From IMG/VR virus record IMGVR_UViG_3300008886_000081: a stretch of DNA of 64,000 nucleotides; one strand, given 5' to 3'. The notes under the pieces are model-generated. The model made no database searches, had not been told where the DNA came from, and saw nothing but the letters and a program-made list of their open reading frames with translations. Positions within the stretch are counted from its first letter, which is position 1. Every line of letters starts with the position of its first letter. This DNA is from a virus. Made by a program: the position numbers and the translations under genes. This document shows positions 10,372 to 19,440 of this stretch, in pieces.

Positions 10372-11907
10372 ATGAAAACAGCATGGCAATACATCAGAAT
10401 CTCGGATGAAGATCAATCAAACTTTAGCTTGGATGGGCAGGATATGATTAACCGGAGATACACAGACAAGCATCAAATTACGATGACGCAAACATTTGTG
10501 GATGACGGTTATTCAGCCAAAGACTTTAATCGCCCAAACTGGAAGAAACTTGAAAAAGCGTTAGCCAGTAATAGAAATAGGCCGGACTACTTAATTATTT
10601 TTAAGTATGATCGCTTAATTCGTAACACACGGGAAGGTCTAAGCTTTATAGAAAGACTGGAAGAGAAATGGGGTGTAACTTTAGTTTCTTCTATGGAAGA
10701 TTACTTTGTCAACCCCCAAGACCCTTATTTTATTAAAATGAGGACAGAGCGATTGGTAGATGCAGAATTTGAGCGCAGACGCATTGCAGACAGAACCAAG
10801 ATGGGGATATGGTCAGCTCGCTCTACAGGAAGATTTTTAGGCCCCGCGCCAATAGGTTATTTAAATGCAAGGGATGAGAAAGACAAGCCGATCATCCTGA
10901 TTGATTATTCAAAAAAAGACTACATCATCCAGATTTTTAACGATTACATTGATGGGCTTACCTTTCCTATGATATTAAAACGTTTACGGGAAAAAAACAT
11001 CCATATTAAAGGCCATGATGGCCTTGACCGTATTTTAACCAACTATGTTTATGCCGGGCTTATAGAATCGCCAGCTTATAAAGACGAAAAATATAAGATT
11101 GTTCCAGGCATCCATGAGGCTATTATTTCCGAAGAAGTGTTTTATACCGCCTATTATAAATTGCAAGATAGTAAAAAGCCTCAAGGGCCGAAGATCATCG
11201 ACCCTAACTTACCTTTAAGAGCATTCATAAGATGTCGTCAATGTGGAATGCCTCATACAGGGGGCAGGTCGAAGGGGAGATCAGCTTATTACTTCTACTA
11301 CAATTGCAATAAGTGTAAAGGAGAATGCTATAATATTAATAAAGCTCATCAGGAATTATCTGACATTTTAAAACAGCTATCCATTAAGGAAACGGTAGTT
11401 GAAGCATTACAAAAAGAAGCGCTGGTTAATTTTGAAAAATTGAGTGCAGATAAAAAAACTGAGTTGGTTCGAGTTACTAAAGAATGTGAAGAGCTGCAAA
11501 AGAAGATTAATAGTTTAGAACAGAAATTCATTGAGGACAGAATCGATCATCTTACATACAGAAAGTGGTCTGAAGAATACAAAAAGGCAATGTTTGGCAA
11601 ACAACAGGAATTGAAGGCCTTAAAGGGCAATGATGAGGATGTGAAGAATCATTTCAAGCTACATCTTCCTTACCTGACCGACATTAATTGGTTGTACGAA
11701 AAAGCAGACATAGGCCACAAACACACGCTCCTAAAAAGCATATTTTTGGGCGGTTTGAGCAAGGAAAAAATAGGCTATCGAACCGCTTTTTTAAATCCTT
11801 TCTTTTCGCTGAATTGCCCTGACATCAAGGGGTTGGAGATAAGTAACAAAACAGAAAAATCGGCTGAATTAGCCGATTTTTCCTTAAGTACCCCAGACGG
11901 GACTTGA
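10372..11907 (+). CDS. large serine recombinase (resolvase + recombinase + Zn ribbon + coiled coil)
   Basis: YIRISDEDQS catalytic motif; DDGYSAK..RP; YDRLIRN; CRQC...CNKC zinc ribbon; coiled coil. Confidence 0.95.
   Translation: MKTAWQYIRISDEDQSNFSLDGQDMINRRYTDKHQITMTQTFVDDGYSAKDFNRPNWKKLEKALASNRNRPDYLIIFKYDRLIRNTREGLSFIERLEEKWGVTLVSSMEDYFVNPQDPYFIKMRTERLVDAEFERRRIADRTKMGIWSARSTGRFLGPAPIGYLNARDEKDKPIILIDYSKKDYIIQIFNDYIDGLTFPMILKRLREKNIHIKGHDGLDRILTNYVYAGLIESPAYKDEKYKIVPGIHEAIISEEVFYTAYYKLQDSKKPQGPKIIDPNLPLRAFIRCRQCGMPHTGGRSKGRSAYYFYYNCNKCKGECYNINKAHQELSDILKQLSIKETVVEALQKEALVNFEKLSADKKTELVRVTKECEELQKKINSLEQKFIEDRIDHLTYRKWSEEYKKAMFGKQQELKALKGNDEDVKNHFKLHLPYLTDINWLYEKADIGHKHTLLKSIFLGGLSKEKIGYRTAFLNPFFSLNCPDIKGLEISNKTEKSAELADFSLSTPDGT
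11854..11882. terminator. intrinsic terminator hairpin downstream of the tRNA fragment
   Basis: GAAAAATCGGCT-gaatt-AGCCGATTTTTC is a perfect 12-bp stem with A/T tracts on both sides. Confidence 0.75.
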
Positions 11908-11947
11908 ACCCGTACGTCCGCGAAGACACAGGATTTTAAGTCTTGTG
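11889..11947 (-). tRNA. 3' fragment of tRNA-Leu(UAA) = att junction, not an intact tRNA
   Basis: Minus strand reads caaga-CTTAAAA-tcctg, long variable arm, acggg-TTCAAGT-cccgt, ctggggt-A; D-arm and acceptor 5' strand absent; anticodon stem has a mismatch. Confidence 0.9.
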
Positions 11948-12023
11948 ATTTGAAGTTTTATAAAGTCCAATAAAAACCTATACAGTCTGTAAATCAGCAA
12001 TATAATTGAATTTCAGATAAAGT

Positions 12024-12078
12024 GGTTACACATAAGAAACTTCAAAAAACTGCAAAATGTGTAACCAAATGTGTAACC
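12024..12078. repeat. integrase arm-type sites: ATGTGTAACC x3
   Basis: AAATGTGTAACC in tandem at 12055-12066 and 12067-12078; inverted copy GGTTACACAT at 12024-12033; located between att and integrase. Confidence 0.7.
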
Positions 12079-12092
12079 TATTTCATACCTTT

Positions 12093-13487
12093 ATGGAAAA
12101 ATTAAAGGTTATGGCCAAGGCAAAAGCGAGATACATACTCTTCAAAAGTAAACCCCATAAGGATGGCACATTCCCTATCGTGCTTCGTATTACAAAAGAT
12201 CGAAACAGACGCTACATTTTCACAAAATATTCCGTGAGCGAGGATCAATGGAATACTACCAAGGACGAGGTTCAAAATCATCCTAACAGCCAGCGCCTAA
12301 ACAATATTCTGAAAAAGCAGCTCACCGAAGCCGACGATGTTATTCTCGATATGGATCGGGATAAGAAAAACTTAAATTCTGTTCAGCTCAAAGAAAAAAT
12401 AAAAGGAGCATCAGGTGGGTCGTTTTATGCATTGGGAGTGGAATACTTAAGCAGTAAAATTAAAACGAAGAAGTATAACCAATATATTTCAGACAAAAGT
12501 AAATTTAAAGCATTCCGCGCTTTTCTGGATGCGGAGAAATTAGGGCGCGATATTACGACAAAAGACGAGGAAGATAAAGTGGTCACTGTTCGGGACATTG
12601 ATATTAAGTCTGTGAATATCTCTGTGGTTAAAAAGTACAAGCTCTATCTGGAGACGGAAAAGTCTGCCGGTGAATCTACGGTCTATAACAATCTCAATGT
12701 GATCCGGATCGTTTGGAACAAAGCCATTGAAGAGGAGCTCGTGGATGCAAAAGATTATCCCTTTGGCAAGGGCAAAAAGAAATTACAGCTTAGGCCGGGC
12801 GAAAGCCAGAAGATCGGTCTGGACGAAAATGAGTTGGAGTTATTCGAGGATGTTGATATCAGCAAGAATAATCCAAAAATTATTAAGGCCCTCAAGAAAA
12901 ACGTTAAGTATGTAAAGGATCTGCCAACTCATATTCTTCAGCTCATAGATGCCAGGAATGCCTTTATGTTTTCGTTCTCATTTGCTGGTATGCGTTGTGA
13001 AGATGTTCTTACTGCCCGGTGGTCGGATTTTAAGAACGGACGTTACTACTACATCATTGGTAAAAATACCAAGCCTGTTAGCGTTCCTGTACCAGATGCA
13101 GTTCTCCCGATTCTGGACTATTATGCCTCCCGCAAAACAGAAGGTTGCGAGTTCATATTTCCATTTTTGGATAGCGCAGATTCATCAAATGCAAAGCAAT
13201 TTCATTCCAAGGTACGCACAGCTAATAAAAAGATAAATGAGGGCTTAGAGACTATCGCGCATGTCGCAGGTATAGACAAGGCTGTAAGCATGCACATCGC
13301 GCGGCATACCTTCGGCAACCTCTCGAAGGGAACCATTCCGGTAGAAATATTGCAAATGCTGTATCGCCATAGTGTTATTACGACCACAATCAACTACCAG
13401 AAAAATTTCATACATAAGCAGGTCGATGAAGGTTTATTGAAAATCGTTAATTTCAGGAATAGGCGACCGGAAGCAATTTCCGCTTAA
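12093..13487 (+). CDS. tyrosine integrase (Bacteroidota type, with arm-binding and SAM-like domains)
   Basis: KDGTFPIVLRIT arm domain; GMRCEDV (R), MHIARHTF (HxxR), TTINY (Y); start at 12093 or 12111 rather than 12057. Confidence 0.95.
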   Translation: MEKLKVMAKAKARYILFKSKPHKDGTFPIVLRITKDRNRRYIFTKYSVSEDQWNTTKDEVQNHPNSQRLNNILKKQLTEADDVILDMDRDKKNLNSVQLKEKIKGASGGSFYALGVEYLSSKIKTKKYNQYISDKSKFKAFRAFLDAEKLGRDITTKDEEDKVVTVRDIDIKSVNISVVKKYKLYLETEKSAGESTVYNNLNVIRIVWNKAIEEELVDAKDYPFGKGKKKLQLRPGESQKIGLDENELELFEDVDISKNNPKIIKALKKNVKYVKDLPTHILQLIDARNAFMFSFSFAGMRCEDVLTARWSDFKNGRYYYIIGKNTKPVSVPVPDAVLPILDYYASRKTEGCEFIFPFLDSADSSNAKQFHSKVRTANKKINEGLETIAHVAGIDKAVSMHIARHTFGNLSKGTIPVEILQMLYRHSVITTTINYQKNFIHKQVDEGLLKIVNFRNRRPEAISA

Positions 13488-13675
13488 TATTCATTCACTG
13501 CTACCGACAATGTTTAAATGTTAACGCAGATACTTTACAGAAATTTGTCGATTATTTTTTGCCAAATCATTAAATACTCCGTACTTTTCAGACCCCTTAA
13601 ATGTTAAAGAAAAGTTAAAATTTGTCCTTGCGAGGGATTTAGTAGTATACTAAAAAAGGAAAAAACAAGGCTAAC

Positions 13676-14104
13676 ATGAAACGGCTTATTACCAGACAAA
13701 ACCTGATCCTGGACTACATCAGCTCCTGCGATGAGATTTTAGCGGAAGAGCCTGACAATATCAAGATCTTGCGTCTGAGGGGGCTGCTGTATAATGTTGC
13801 CGCAGAATATGACAAGGCGCTCCGGGATTTTGAACAAGTCCTGCGCCTGCTACCCACTGATGTAGAGACCTATTTTCTTAAGAGCGATTGCCATTATCAC
13901 AAAGGCGAGTTTGACCTGGCGAAGCGCGACTATATGCGGGCCCTGCGAAACCAGCACCATACAACAATCACGGAAGCCGATATCAATCGCGCAGTGGTCA
14001 TCGATGAGCGGGATCTAAAGGATATCCACACGGTCATCGAAGCTGAAAAGAAGGAGGCATTCGAGCGATTCAAAAAATTTATTTTGAACCCTGATTCAGA
14101 ATGA
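13676..14104 (+). CDS. TPR-repeat protein
   Basis: RGLLYNVAAEYDKALRDFEQVLRLLP..YFLKSDCHYHKGEFDLAKRDY. Confidence 0.85.
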   Translation: MKRLITRQNLILDYISSCDEILAEEPDNIKILRLRGLLYNVAAEYDKALRDFEQVLRLLPTDVETYFLKSDCHYHKGEFDLAKRDYMRALRNQHHTTITEADINRAVVIDERDLKDIHTVIEAEKKEAFERFKKFILNPDSE

Positions 14105-14492
14105 GCGCCTCAGCGACATAAGGTTCCAGCCAGTGCAGCGCACAGGCCCTACAGCCAAATACCGCGGTCGGCATAGCAGGTTTATCCAGACTCACCCAGG
14201 CCGTCCCGATCAGCTCCAGCAGCTTATTATCTCCGAAGATGACGCCCGCCGTCAGGAACTCGCAGGCTTCTTTCCCTGACAGGTATTGACGTGCTTCGTT
14301 GTCCATAGATAGAAAGTCTGTGGCATCGGCGAACATCGCCCAATAGACATTTCCGGTGAATTTCTTTCTGTCCGCAACCATATCACGCGCGACATTGATG
14401 TCTATGACCAGGTCAGGAGCATATCTGCCGAAGAGGACGCCGTTCTCTGTCCAAATGGTCGAGTGGTAAAATTCAGTTTTATTATGGATCAT
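14079..14492 (-). CDS. STAS/SpoIIAA-like small Bacteroidota protein
   Basis: ENGVLFGRY...ARDMVADR...DATDFLSMDNEARQYL...KPAMPTAVF pattern. Confidence 0.65.
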   Translation of the reverse strand: MIHNKTEFYHSTIWTENGVLFGRYAPDLVIDINVARDMVADRKKFTGNVYWAMFADATDFLSMDNEARQYLSGKEACEFLTAGVIFGDNKLLELIGTAWVSLDKPAMPTAVFGCRACALHWLEPYVAEALILNQGSK

Positions 14493-14922
14493 ATCAAATT
14501 ATTGTCGTATAAGGTATATACATAGTGTGGCCGATGCATCCTATTAAAAAAAGTTGACGGTAAGCAAGGACAACAAGCTGGTAGCTTCCCTGTGGGAAAT
14601 TGCATAAAAAACAGAACTGACGCATTCGGAATCAGGTACGCTTTGCCTATACATAATATTGGTCTATATATGGGTATTTTTGAAGGTTTATACCCTATAT
14701 CAGACTATCCGGTAAAGAACAATGCATCTTATAAGACGCGGTCCTCCGACTATTCCATACGGAAACCTGAATAGGTTATTTAGTTGGGGCTGCAAGGTAG
14801 ATAAAATAGGGCTTTCCTGTGGGGGTGTTTGTAACCCTTAATAAAAGAGTTTTTCCATACGATAGCTGAATTTTCTATGTTAGTCCTGTAATTTAGCCAA
14901 TTTGTCGAAGCCAGTATTTTAC

Positions 14923-15435
14923 TCAGGCTGCATAGATAAGTTTCTGAGGGTCTATTTTGGCCCCGGAAGGGTCGGTCATGGTCAAATGCAAGTGCGGCGC
15001 GGTGCTTTTGCCGGTGTTGCCGGATAGCCCAATGACGTCACCACGTTTTACGGTATCTCCTTTTTTAACCAACTGTTTGGAAAGATGGGCATAGCCGGTG
15101 AAGTAACCATTCGTGTGGCGAATCACGATCTGGTTGCCACCGTCCCCTCCGGAGTTTACCAGGGACACGACACCGTCCATCGGGCTTTTGATAGGCGTCC
15201 CGATAGGCACCGACAGGTCGATACCGTTATGGAAGGCATTCTGTTTGCCGGTTTTAGGATCTGTCCTGTAGCCAAATTTGCTCGTGATCTTGGCACTCAC
15301 CGGTTGCAGCCAGGATTTTGCTTTACCCACGACTTCTCCGATGGATTTTCGTTTTTTGTATGCGATTAGTCCTATCGCAAAAAGGCCGGCTGCAATGCCG
15401 ACGCTCCAGTATATATGTCGCCGGGTCATCTTCAC
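14923..15435 (-). CDS. M23 endopeptidase with N-terminal TM anchor
   Basis: ITSKFGYR..P...FHNGIDL (HxxxD), TGYAHL, GKSTAPHLH (HxH); hydrophobic residues ~8-25. Confidence 0.95.
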   Translation of the reverse strand: MKMTRRHIYWSVGIAAGLFAIGLIAYKKRKSIGEVVGKAKSWLQPVSAKITSKFGYRTDPKTGKQNAFHNGIDLSVPIGTPIKSPMDGVVSLVNSGGDGGNQIVIRHTNGYFTGYAHLSKQLVKKGDTVKRGDVIGLSGNTGKSTAPHLHLTMTDPSGAKIDPQKLIYAA

Positions 15436-16127
15436 GCGTTGAGCAATACGGGTTTGTGTTTTTTCCGATAATACCGGATGGTAAAAAAGATTCCGACGCC
15501 CAGGGCTACGACCGATAAGGCGATGATGACGCCGGTTGGATGCTGTTTCACGATGGCTTCGGGTTGTGATAGTATGCCGGCGTACATGGACACGATTTTT
15601 GCCATGCGGTTCATGTAGCCCTTTTCATAGGTCAAACCCTTAAAGAAGTTTTTTCGGATGGCGGATAACGTTTCAAAGAACTTCCCGGAGGGAAGGCCAT
15701 TGATCTTTTGTACTTCCTCTGCGGAGAGGGTAAAGGATTTATATTCTTTGACGGTTCCGCTTCCCATCAGGCGGTTGATGGCCTGCCTGGTGTGCAGGGG
15801 TCCGTAGCTGCCTGATCCGTACACACTGTCAAACACCAGGTGCGCGACTGCCTGGCTACTGATTTTGTCACCTTGTACCTGGTCCCAGAATTTTGTTTTG
15901 GCAATTTTCTGCGCGAGCTCAGGTGTGAGGTTCTTAATCTCTTCGACCGAGGGACAACGCTTGAAATAGTCGCCGTAAGCAATGGCGGAGATCCCGAATT
16001 TAGTCCCGATGAGTTTGCTCCCCAGCTTTCCTTTGGCCGGGCAGTAGTTTGCCGAATCATTGGCAAGCTGCTGGTAGCCTCCTTCAAAGCCTTTGGTTCC
16101 TTTCCATATCGGGATAAAATCAGCCAT
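15432..16127 (-). CDS. glycoside hydrolase family 108-like lysozyme with C-terminal TM anchor
   Basis: FEGGY...ND...GTKFGIS...FWD motifs; C-terminal GVIIALSVVALGVGIFFTIRYYRKK; ATG 16127 preferred over track start 16178. Confidence 0.85.
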   Translation of the reverse strand: MADFIPIWKGTKGFEGGYQQLANDSANYCPAKGKLGSKLIGTKFGISAIAYGDYFKRCPSVEEIKNLTPELAQKIAKTKFWDQVQGDKISSQAVAHLVFDSVYGSGSYGPLHTRQAINRLMGSGTVKEYKSFTLSAEEVQKINGLPSGKFFETLSAIRKNFFKGLTYEKGYMNRMAKIVSMYAGILSQPEAIVKQHPTGVIIALSVVALGVGIFFTIRYYRKKHKPVLLNA

Positions 16128-16260
16128 GTTCTTTGTTGCAATTGCAAGTCTTTTCTTCTTTCGGGCCGAAGCGGTCAATCAGCAACACGATGGTATGCGC
16201 CGTCACCGCCAAAAGAAACACGGTGTACAGTACTTTCTCTCCTCTGCTTTGCTCATTCAT
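16120..16260 (-). CDS. 46-aa single-TM protein (below ORF-track cutoff)
   Basis: MNEQSRGEKVLYTVFLLAVTAHTIVLLIDRFGPKEEKTCNCNKEHG*; overlaps both neighbours by 8 bp and fills the operon gap. Confidence 0.65.
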   Translation of the reverse strand: MNEQSRGEKVLYTVFLLAVTAHTIVLLIDRFGPKEEKTCNCNKEHG

Positions 16261-16609
16261 GATCCTGGCTCCTGGACAACTCACGGATCTTGGTGCGGAG
16301 CTGCTGGTTCTCTTTTTCCAGGCGCTCGACTTTGGCTTCCAGATCGGTAATGCTTTGGTGCTGCTGATCGATCTGGCTTTTCAGCGCTTTGTTTTCTTCG
16401 GCGACGGTTTCCAGTTCCTTCACGCGTTTCTCCAGGGTCTGCGACCATTGAATCCAGTTCTCGGAGATTTGTTTTTCGGCCTGCGCATTCAGGTTGCGGA
16501 GCTCTGCGTTCTGGCGCTGCCGGTTCGTTCTGTGCTGGATGATGATTTCAATGAGCTTCCAAAAGCCGGTAGCTCCGAAAAAAATCGTTATGAGTTTGAG
16601 GTAGTCCAT
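16253..16609 (-). CDS. N-terminal TM + coiled-coil protein (holin-like candidate)
   Basis: LITIFFGATGFWKLIEIII followed by a long heptad coiled coil. Confidence 0.6.
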   Translation of the reverse strand: MDYLKLITIFFGATGFWKLIEIIIQHRTNRQRQNAELRNLNAQAEKQISENWIQWSQTLEKRVKELETVAEENKALKSQIDQQHQSITDLEAKVERLEKENQQLRTKIRELSRSQDHE

Positions 16610-16616
16610 GTGTTAG

Positions 16617-18071
16617 CTATGAGAGTGAAAACTTGGTTTGTGTGATGTAAACCGTGGCGCTACAATGGAGGATGCGTTCCGATAGCGAGACGATATAAAG
16701 CGTGACCGATTCACCACCAACCGTAAAACCGGCCACCGGCGCAAAACCGGGATCCTGACGAATGTCACGAACGCTTGGCGGGTCGCCGATCCAGGTGACA
16801 ATGCCAGCCTGACGCCGGAGTGCGCCCTCGTAGATGCCGGTCCAGGTCTGTCCAGGCGTTCCACCGGCACCGGCATTTTGGGTGATGGATAATTGAATGG
16901 TGATCTGCTGGATGCTGTTGTCGGGAGGAACCCAGCTCGGCCCGTCTGAGCTGATGCCGTTCGTCGTGAGAGCACCGGTACCGATGTTAGGTGGAATCGT
17001 GCCGAGCAGGTTGAGAACGCTGCACTGTGAGCTTCCAGGGGTGTTAAAGAAGGCTCCACCGGCTTTTGACCACTGATTGATTTGAGTGGATTCCGCAAAG
17101 AGCCCGGATGCGGAACTATATGCTCCGATGGCCTGGTTTTGTTCACCTCCGGAAACAATAGCGTATTGCCCGGATGCGACATTGTTTTGTCCGTTTTGAG
17201 GAATGATCGCACCAAAGGCGGTTCCCGCCTGGTAGCGCAAACGTGAGCTTAAAACGGATGAAAGTTTCAGTGGTGAAACACCAATATCATTAGCTAAGCC
17301 AGCGTTGGTTTCAGCCTGCGTGGCAATTCTTAGATAGCCAGCAATGATCTCGGACGCAGGTTCCAGGTTCGCCTGAATAATTGTCCAATATGAACCGGCT
17401 GTAGATTCCGGGCCTCCGGGATTGATAGCATTGCAAACAAGGACGTCACGGACACCGACACGCTGCCCGTCAGGACCACCGATCTTCCCTGCCACGCTAA
17501 TCACATAGGCTTCACCACCGACGCCGGAGGGATAGTTGGGATTCAGCGAGCAATCGATAAATCCTTTGTTTGTCCAAAGCCCTGTGATCCTGTCGGCCAG
17601 GAAGGAGGCGAGCCTGGCAGGGGTCACGATCTTGGTATTGTCCAGCCCGGCGGTGGTTTCCGCAGGTGTGGCAATCATGGCGATGCCTTTTTGCGTTTCG
17701 GAGGCATCGGGCGCTCCGCCTGCGTTAGCCAGTTGAAAGTGGATGCCATCGTAAACCAACAGGTATACGTTCAGAGCACTGATCTCACCAGTTGCCAGGT
17801 CCTGTAATCCACCAGGTGTTACTTTCTTTAACGCGCGCGCGCCTCTGCCACTGACGTTGACTGTGACAGGACCGGTGTTGGTTTCCTGGAACATCACCAG
17901 GATCAAAAGACCCTGGCGGTAATTGCTCAGCAGTGTATTCAGGCTGATGCTGTAGTTGTCGATCCCGGTCGCGGTGCCAAATCCACCGAGAGAATGATTG
18001 ACGGGAAAATCCCCCACGAAATTCAGGTTGTTGAGATTGATGTTGCTTTGATATCCTCCGAGTAAACTCAT
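16617..18071 (-). CDS. fibre/spike-like virion protein
   Basis: NTGPVTVNVSGRGARALKK...YDGIHFQL fibre-type domain; two IATxAETxAGL repeats; Gly-rich ASGQYAIVSGGEQNQAIG beta-roll-like segment. Confidence 0.7.
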   Translation of the reverse strand: MSLLGGYQSNINLNNLNFVGDFPVNHSLGGFGTATGIDNYSISLNTLLSNYRQGLLILVMFQETNTGPVTVNVSGRGARALKKVTPGGLQDLATGEISALNVYLLVYDGIHFQLANAGGAPDASETQKGIAMIATPAETTAGLDNTKIVTPARLASFLADRITGLWTNKGFIDCSLNPNYPSGVGGEAYVISVAGKIGGPDGQRVGVRDVLVCNAINPGGPESTAGSYWTIIQANLEPASEIIAGYLRIATQAETNAGLANDIGVSPLKLSSVLSSRLRYQAGTAFGAIIPQNGQNNVASGQYAIVSGGEQNQAIGAYSSASGLFAESTQINQWSKAGGAFFNTPGSSQCSVLNLLGTIPPNIGTGALTTNGISSDGPSWVPPDNSIQQITIQLSITQNAGAGGTPGQTWTGIYEGALRRQAGIVTWIGDPPSVRDIRQDPGFAPVAGFTVGGESVTLYIVSLSERILHCSATVYITQTKFSLS

Positions 18072-18120
18072 GTTCTTTCTTATTTAAGTTGGTGTTTGAA
18101 TTGCTTAGCAGTTGTTTTTG

Positions 18121-18282
18121 TTACTGACTCTTTTCACGGTGAGCAGCTAGTTTTTTCAACCGGTATTCGATGAACCACAGGGCGATGGTCATTGAAGCGA
18201 TTGAGCCGACAATAAGCATGGTGCATTTCGTGAGCACCTCGTGTAGTTTGGCGGCTTCCAGTGTTATGAATCTCTCGTTCAT
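18121..18282 (-). CDS. 53-aa single-TM protein (below ORF-track cutoff)
   Basis: MNERFITLEAAKLHEVLTKCTMLIVGSIASMTIALWFIEYRLKKLAAHREKSQ*. Confidence 0.7.
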   Translation of the reverse strand: MNERFITLEAAKLHEVLTKCTMLIVGSIASMTIALWFIEYRLKKLAAHREKSQ

Positions 18283-18323
18283 GGTGGTTGGTTTTTATAG
18301 AGTGTCTTGAGTGCGATGATTGT

Positions 18324-18671
18324 CTATGTCCCGAAGAGAAGCGCATCAACCGCTTTCAGGTCGGCCCGCTCCAGGATCTTCTTTTCTTTTAATTTTTCAA
18401 TCAGCGGTGCGAGCTCTTTCTCCGGGGCTTTCGCTAAGACTTTTCCTGTATACGATGTGAGGCGCTTTATTTCCCAGGCGTAGAGTTTGTCCAGTTCCTT
18501 TTTCAGGTGGCTGAGCTGATCCTCGCTCAGCTCCTTGTTTTTGTGTTTTGCCTCTTCCTGCCAGAGATCCACCAGTTTTTTAATCAGAAAACTTTTTACC
18601 TGTGAGTAGGTCAGGTAAAGGGTTCCGGCTGTCAGAGAGACAGAGAATACGGCGATGATGGCTTTTTTCAT
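18324..18671 (-). CDS. N-anchored membrane protein
   Basis: AIIAVFSVSLTAGTLYLTY followed by an amphipathic helical domain. Confidence 0.75.
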   Translation of the reverse strand: MKKAIIAVFSVSLTAGTLYLTYSQVKSFLIKKLVDLWQEEAKHKNKELSEDQLSHLKKELDKLYAWEIKRLTSYTGKVLAKAPEKELAPLIEKLKEKKILERADLKAVDALLFGT

Positions 18672-18895
18672 GGCGTTGGTAATAGTCGGTTAATGATTCG
18701 GTGCGTGAACATACTGGCCGCCGTTCCCAGAACGGCAGCGGCTATGACGGTCACAACGATTTTGACGAGGGTTTCATTGGTCAGGGTGATCTTGACGTCC
18801 GTACGTAGTCCTTCGTCTCCGAAGGTGTTATCCAGGTATTTTTTCAGCAGCCCGGTCTTCTGCTCTTTTTTTTCAGGGGTGTTAGGGGCACTCAT
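18668..18895 (-). CDS. small C-anchored membrane protein
   Basis: KIVVTVIAAAVLGTAASMF TM; ATGA overlaps with neighbours. Confidence 0.75.
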   Translation of the reverse strand: MSAPNTPEKKEQKTGLLKKYLDNTFGDEGLRTDVKITLTNETLVKIVVTVIAAAVLGTAASMFTHRIINRLLPTP

Positions 18896-19440
18896 GTCTT
18901 GATTGGTTTTGGTGGTTCTGCAAGGCGGTAAGGCGGCATTTTTTTGACGATGCCGAGTATTTGACCAACCTCGTCTTTGCTCAGCCTGCTATTGAGGTCA
19001 TCGATCAGGTTGATCTTATCGCCTTTCGGATCGTTGTAATACTGGTTGGCGACCTGCGACACCTGCGCCTGATCCTTCAGGGCCCGGAACACGCCATAGA
19101 TCTTGTCTTCGTCGTCGCCGAAAATGCTCCAGCTGTCCCTGATGTCCTTGGCAAAGGCTTTCGCGCTGGCCATCTTCAGCAGGTACATCGGCTTTTTGAG
19201 CTTCTTGCCGGTTTCTTCCCAATAGCGAATGTTGAAAGCATTGCTTTCCACCAGGCCGACGGAGCCGGGTGCCAGTTCCCGTTGCAGCTCGCTGAAGAAA
19301 GCAACGGCCTTTTGATCGCGCTGCCTGCGTTTGTAGTTCAGAACGCCCATGCCGATCCAGGCAGCAGCGACCAGTACCACGCCACCGATGATGAGGGTTT
19401 TGGGATGGCTTTTAGCGATATTGATGGCTTCCGTTTTCAT
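18892..19440 (-). CDS. membrane-anchored protein with an annexin-like repeat
   Basis: TM at ~16-34; AKDIRDSWSIFGDDEDKIYGVF...QVSQVANQY...NLIDDLNSRLS resembles the annexin repeat consensus. Confidence 0.65.
   Translation of the reverse strand: MKTEAINIAKSHPKTLIIGGVVLVAAAWIGMGVLNYKRRQRDQKAVAFFSELQRELAPGSVGLVESNAFNIRYWEETGKKLKKPMYLLKMASAKAFAKDIRDSWSIFGDDEDKIYGVFRALKDQAQVSQVANQYYNDPKGDKINLIDDLNSRLSKDEVGQILGIVKKMPPYRLAEPPKPIKT

Larger units (their letters stand above)
8421..11907. mobile_element. probable serine-recombinase element abutting the tRNA 3' end; left boundary not located
   Basis: Recombinase reads into the tRNA 3' end; flanking genes are AT-rich accessory types; the start coordinate is only a guess. 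Confidence 0.4.

Noticed and set aside
11889-11975. Intact tRNA-Leu gene
   Set aside because: No D-arm or acceptor 5' strand on the minus strand above 11947, and the anticodon stem is mismatched; it is an att remnant
16613-17215. 200-aa same-strand alternative-frame ORF in the fibre gene
   Set aside because: Ser/Pro/Arg-rich composition typical of off-frame GC-rich DNA, unlike the 32483 case
18134-18349. Track ORF of 71 aa
   Set aside because: Non-protein-like composition; a better TM-encoding ORF (18121-18282) lies in another frame
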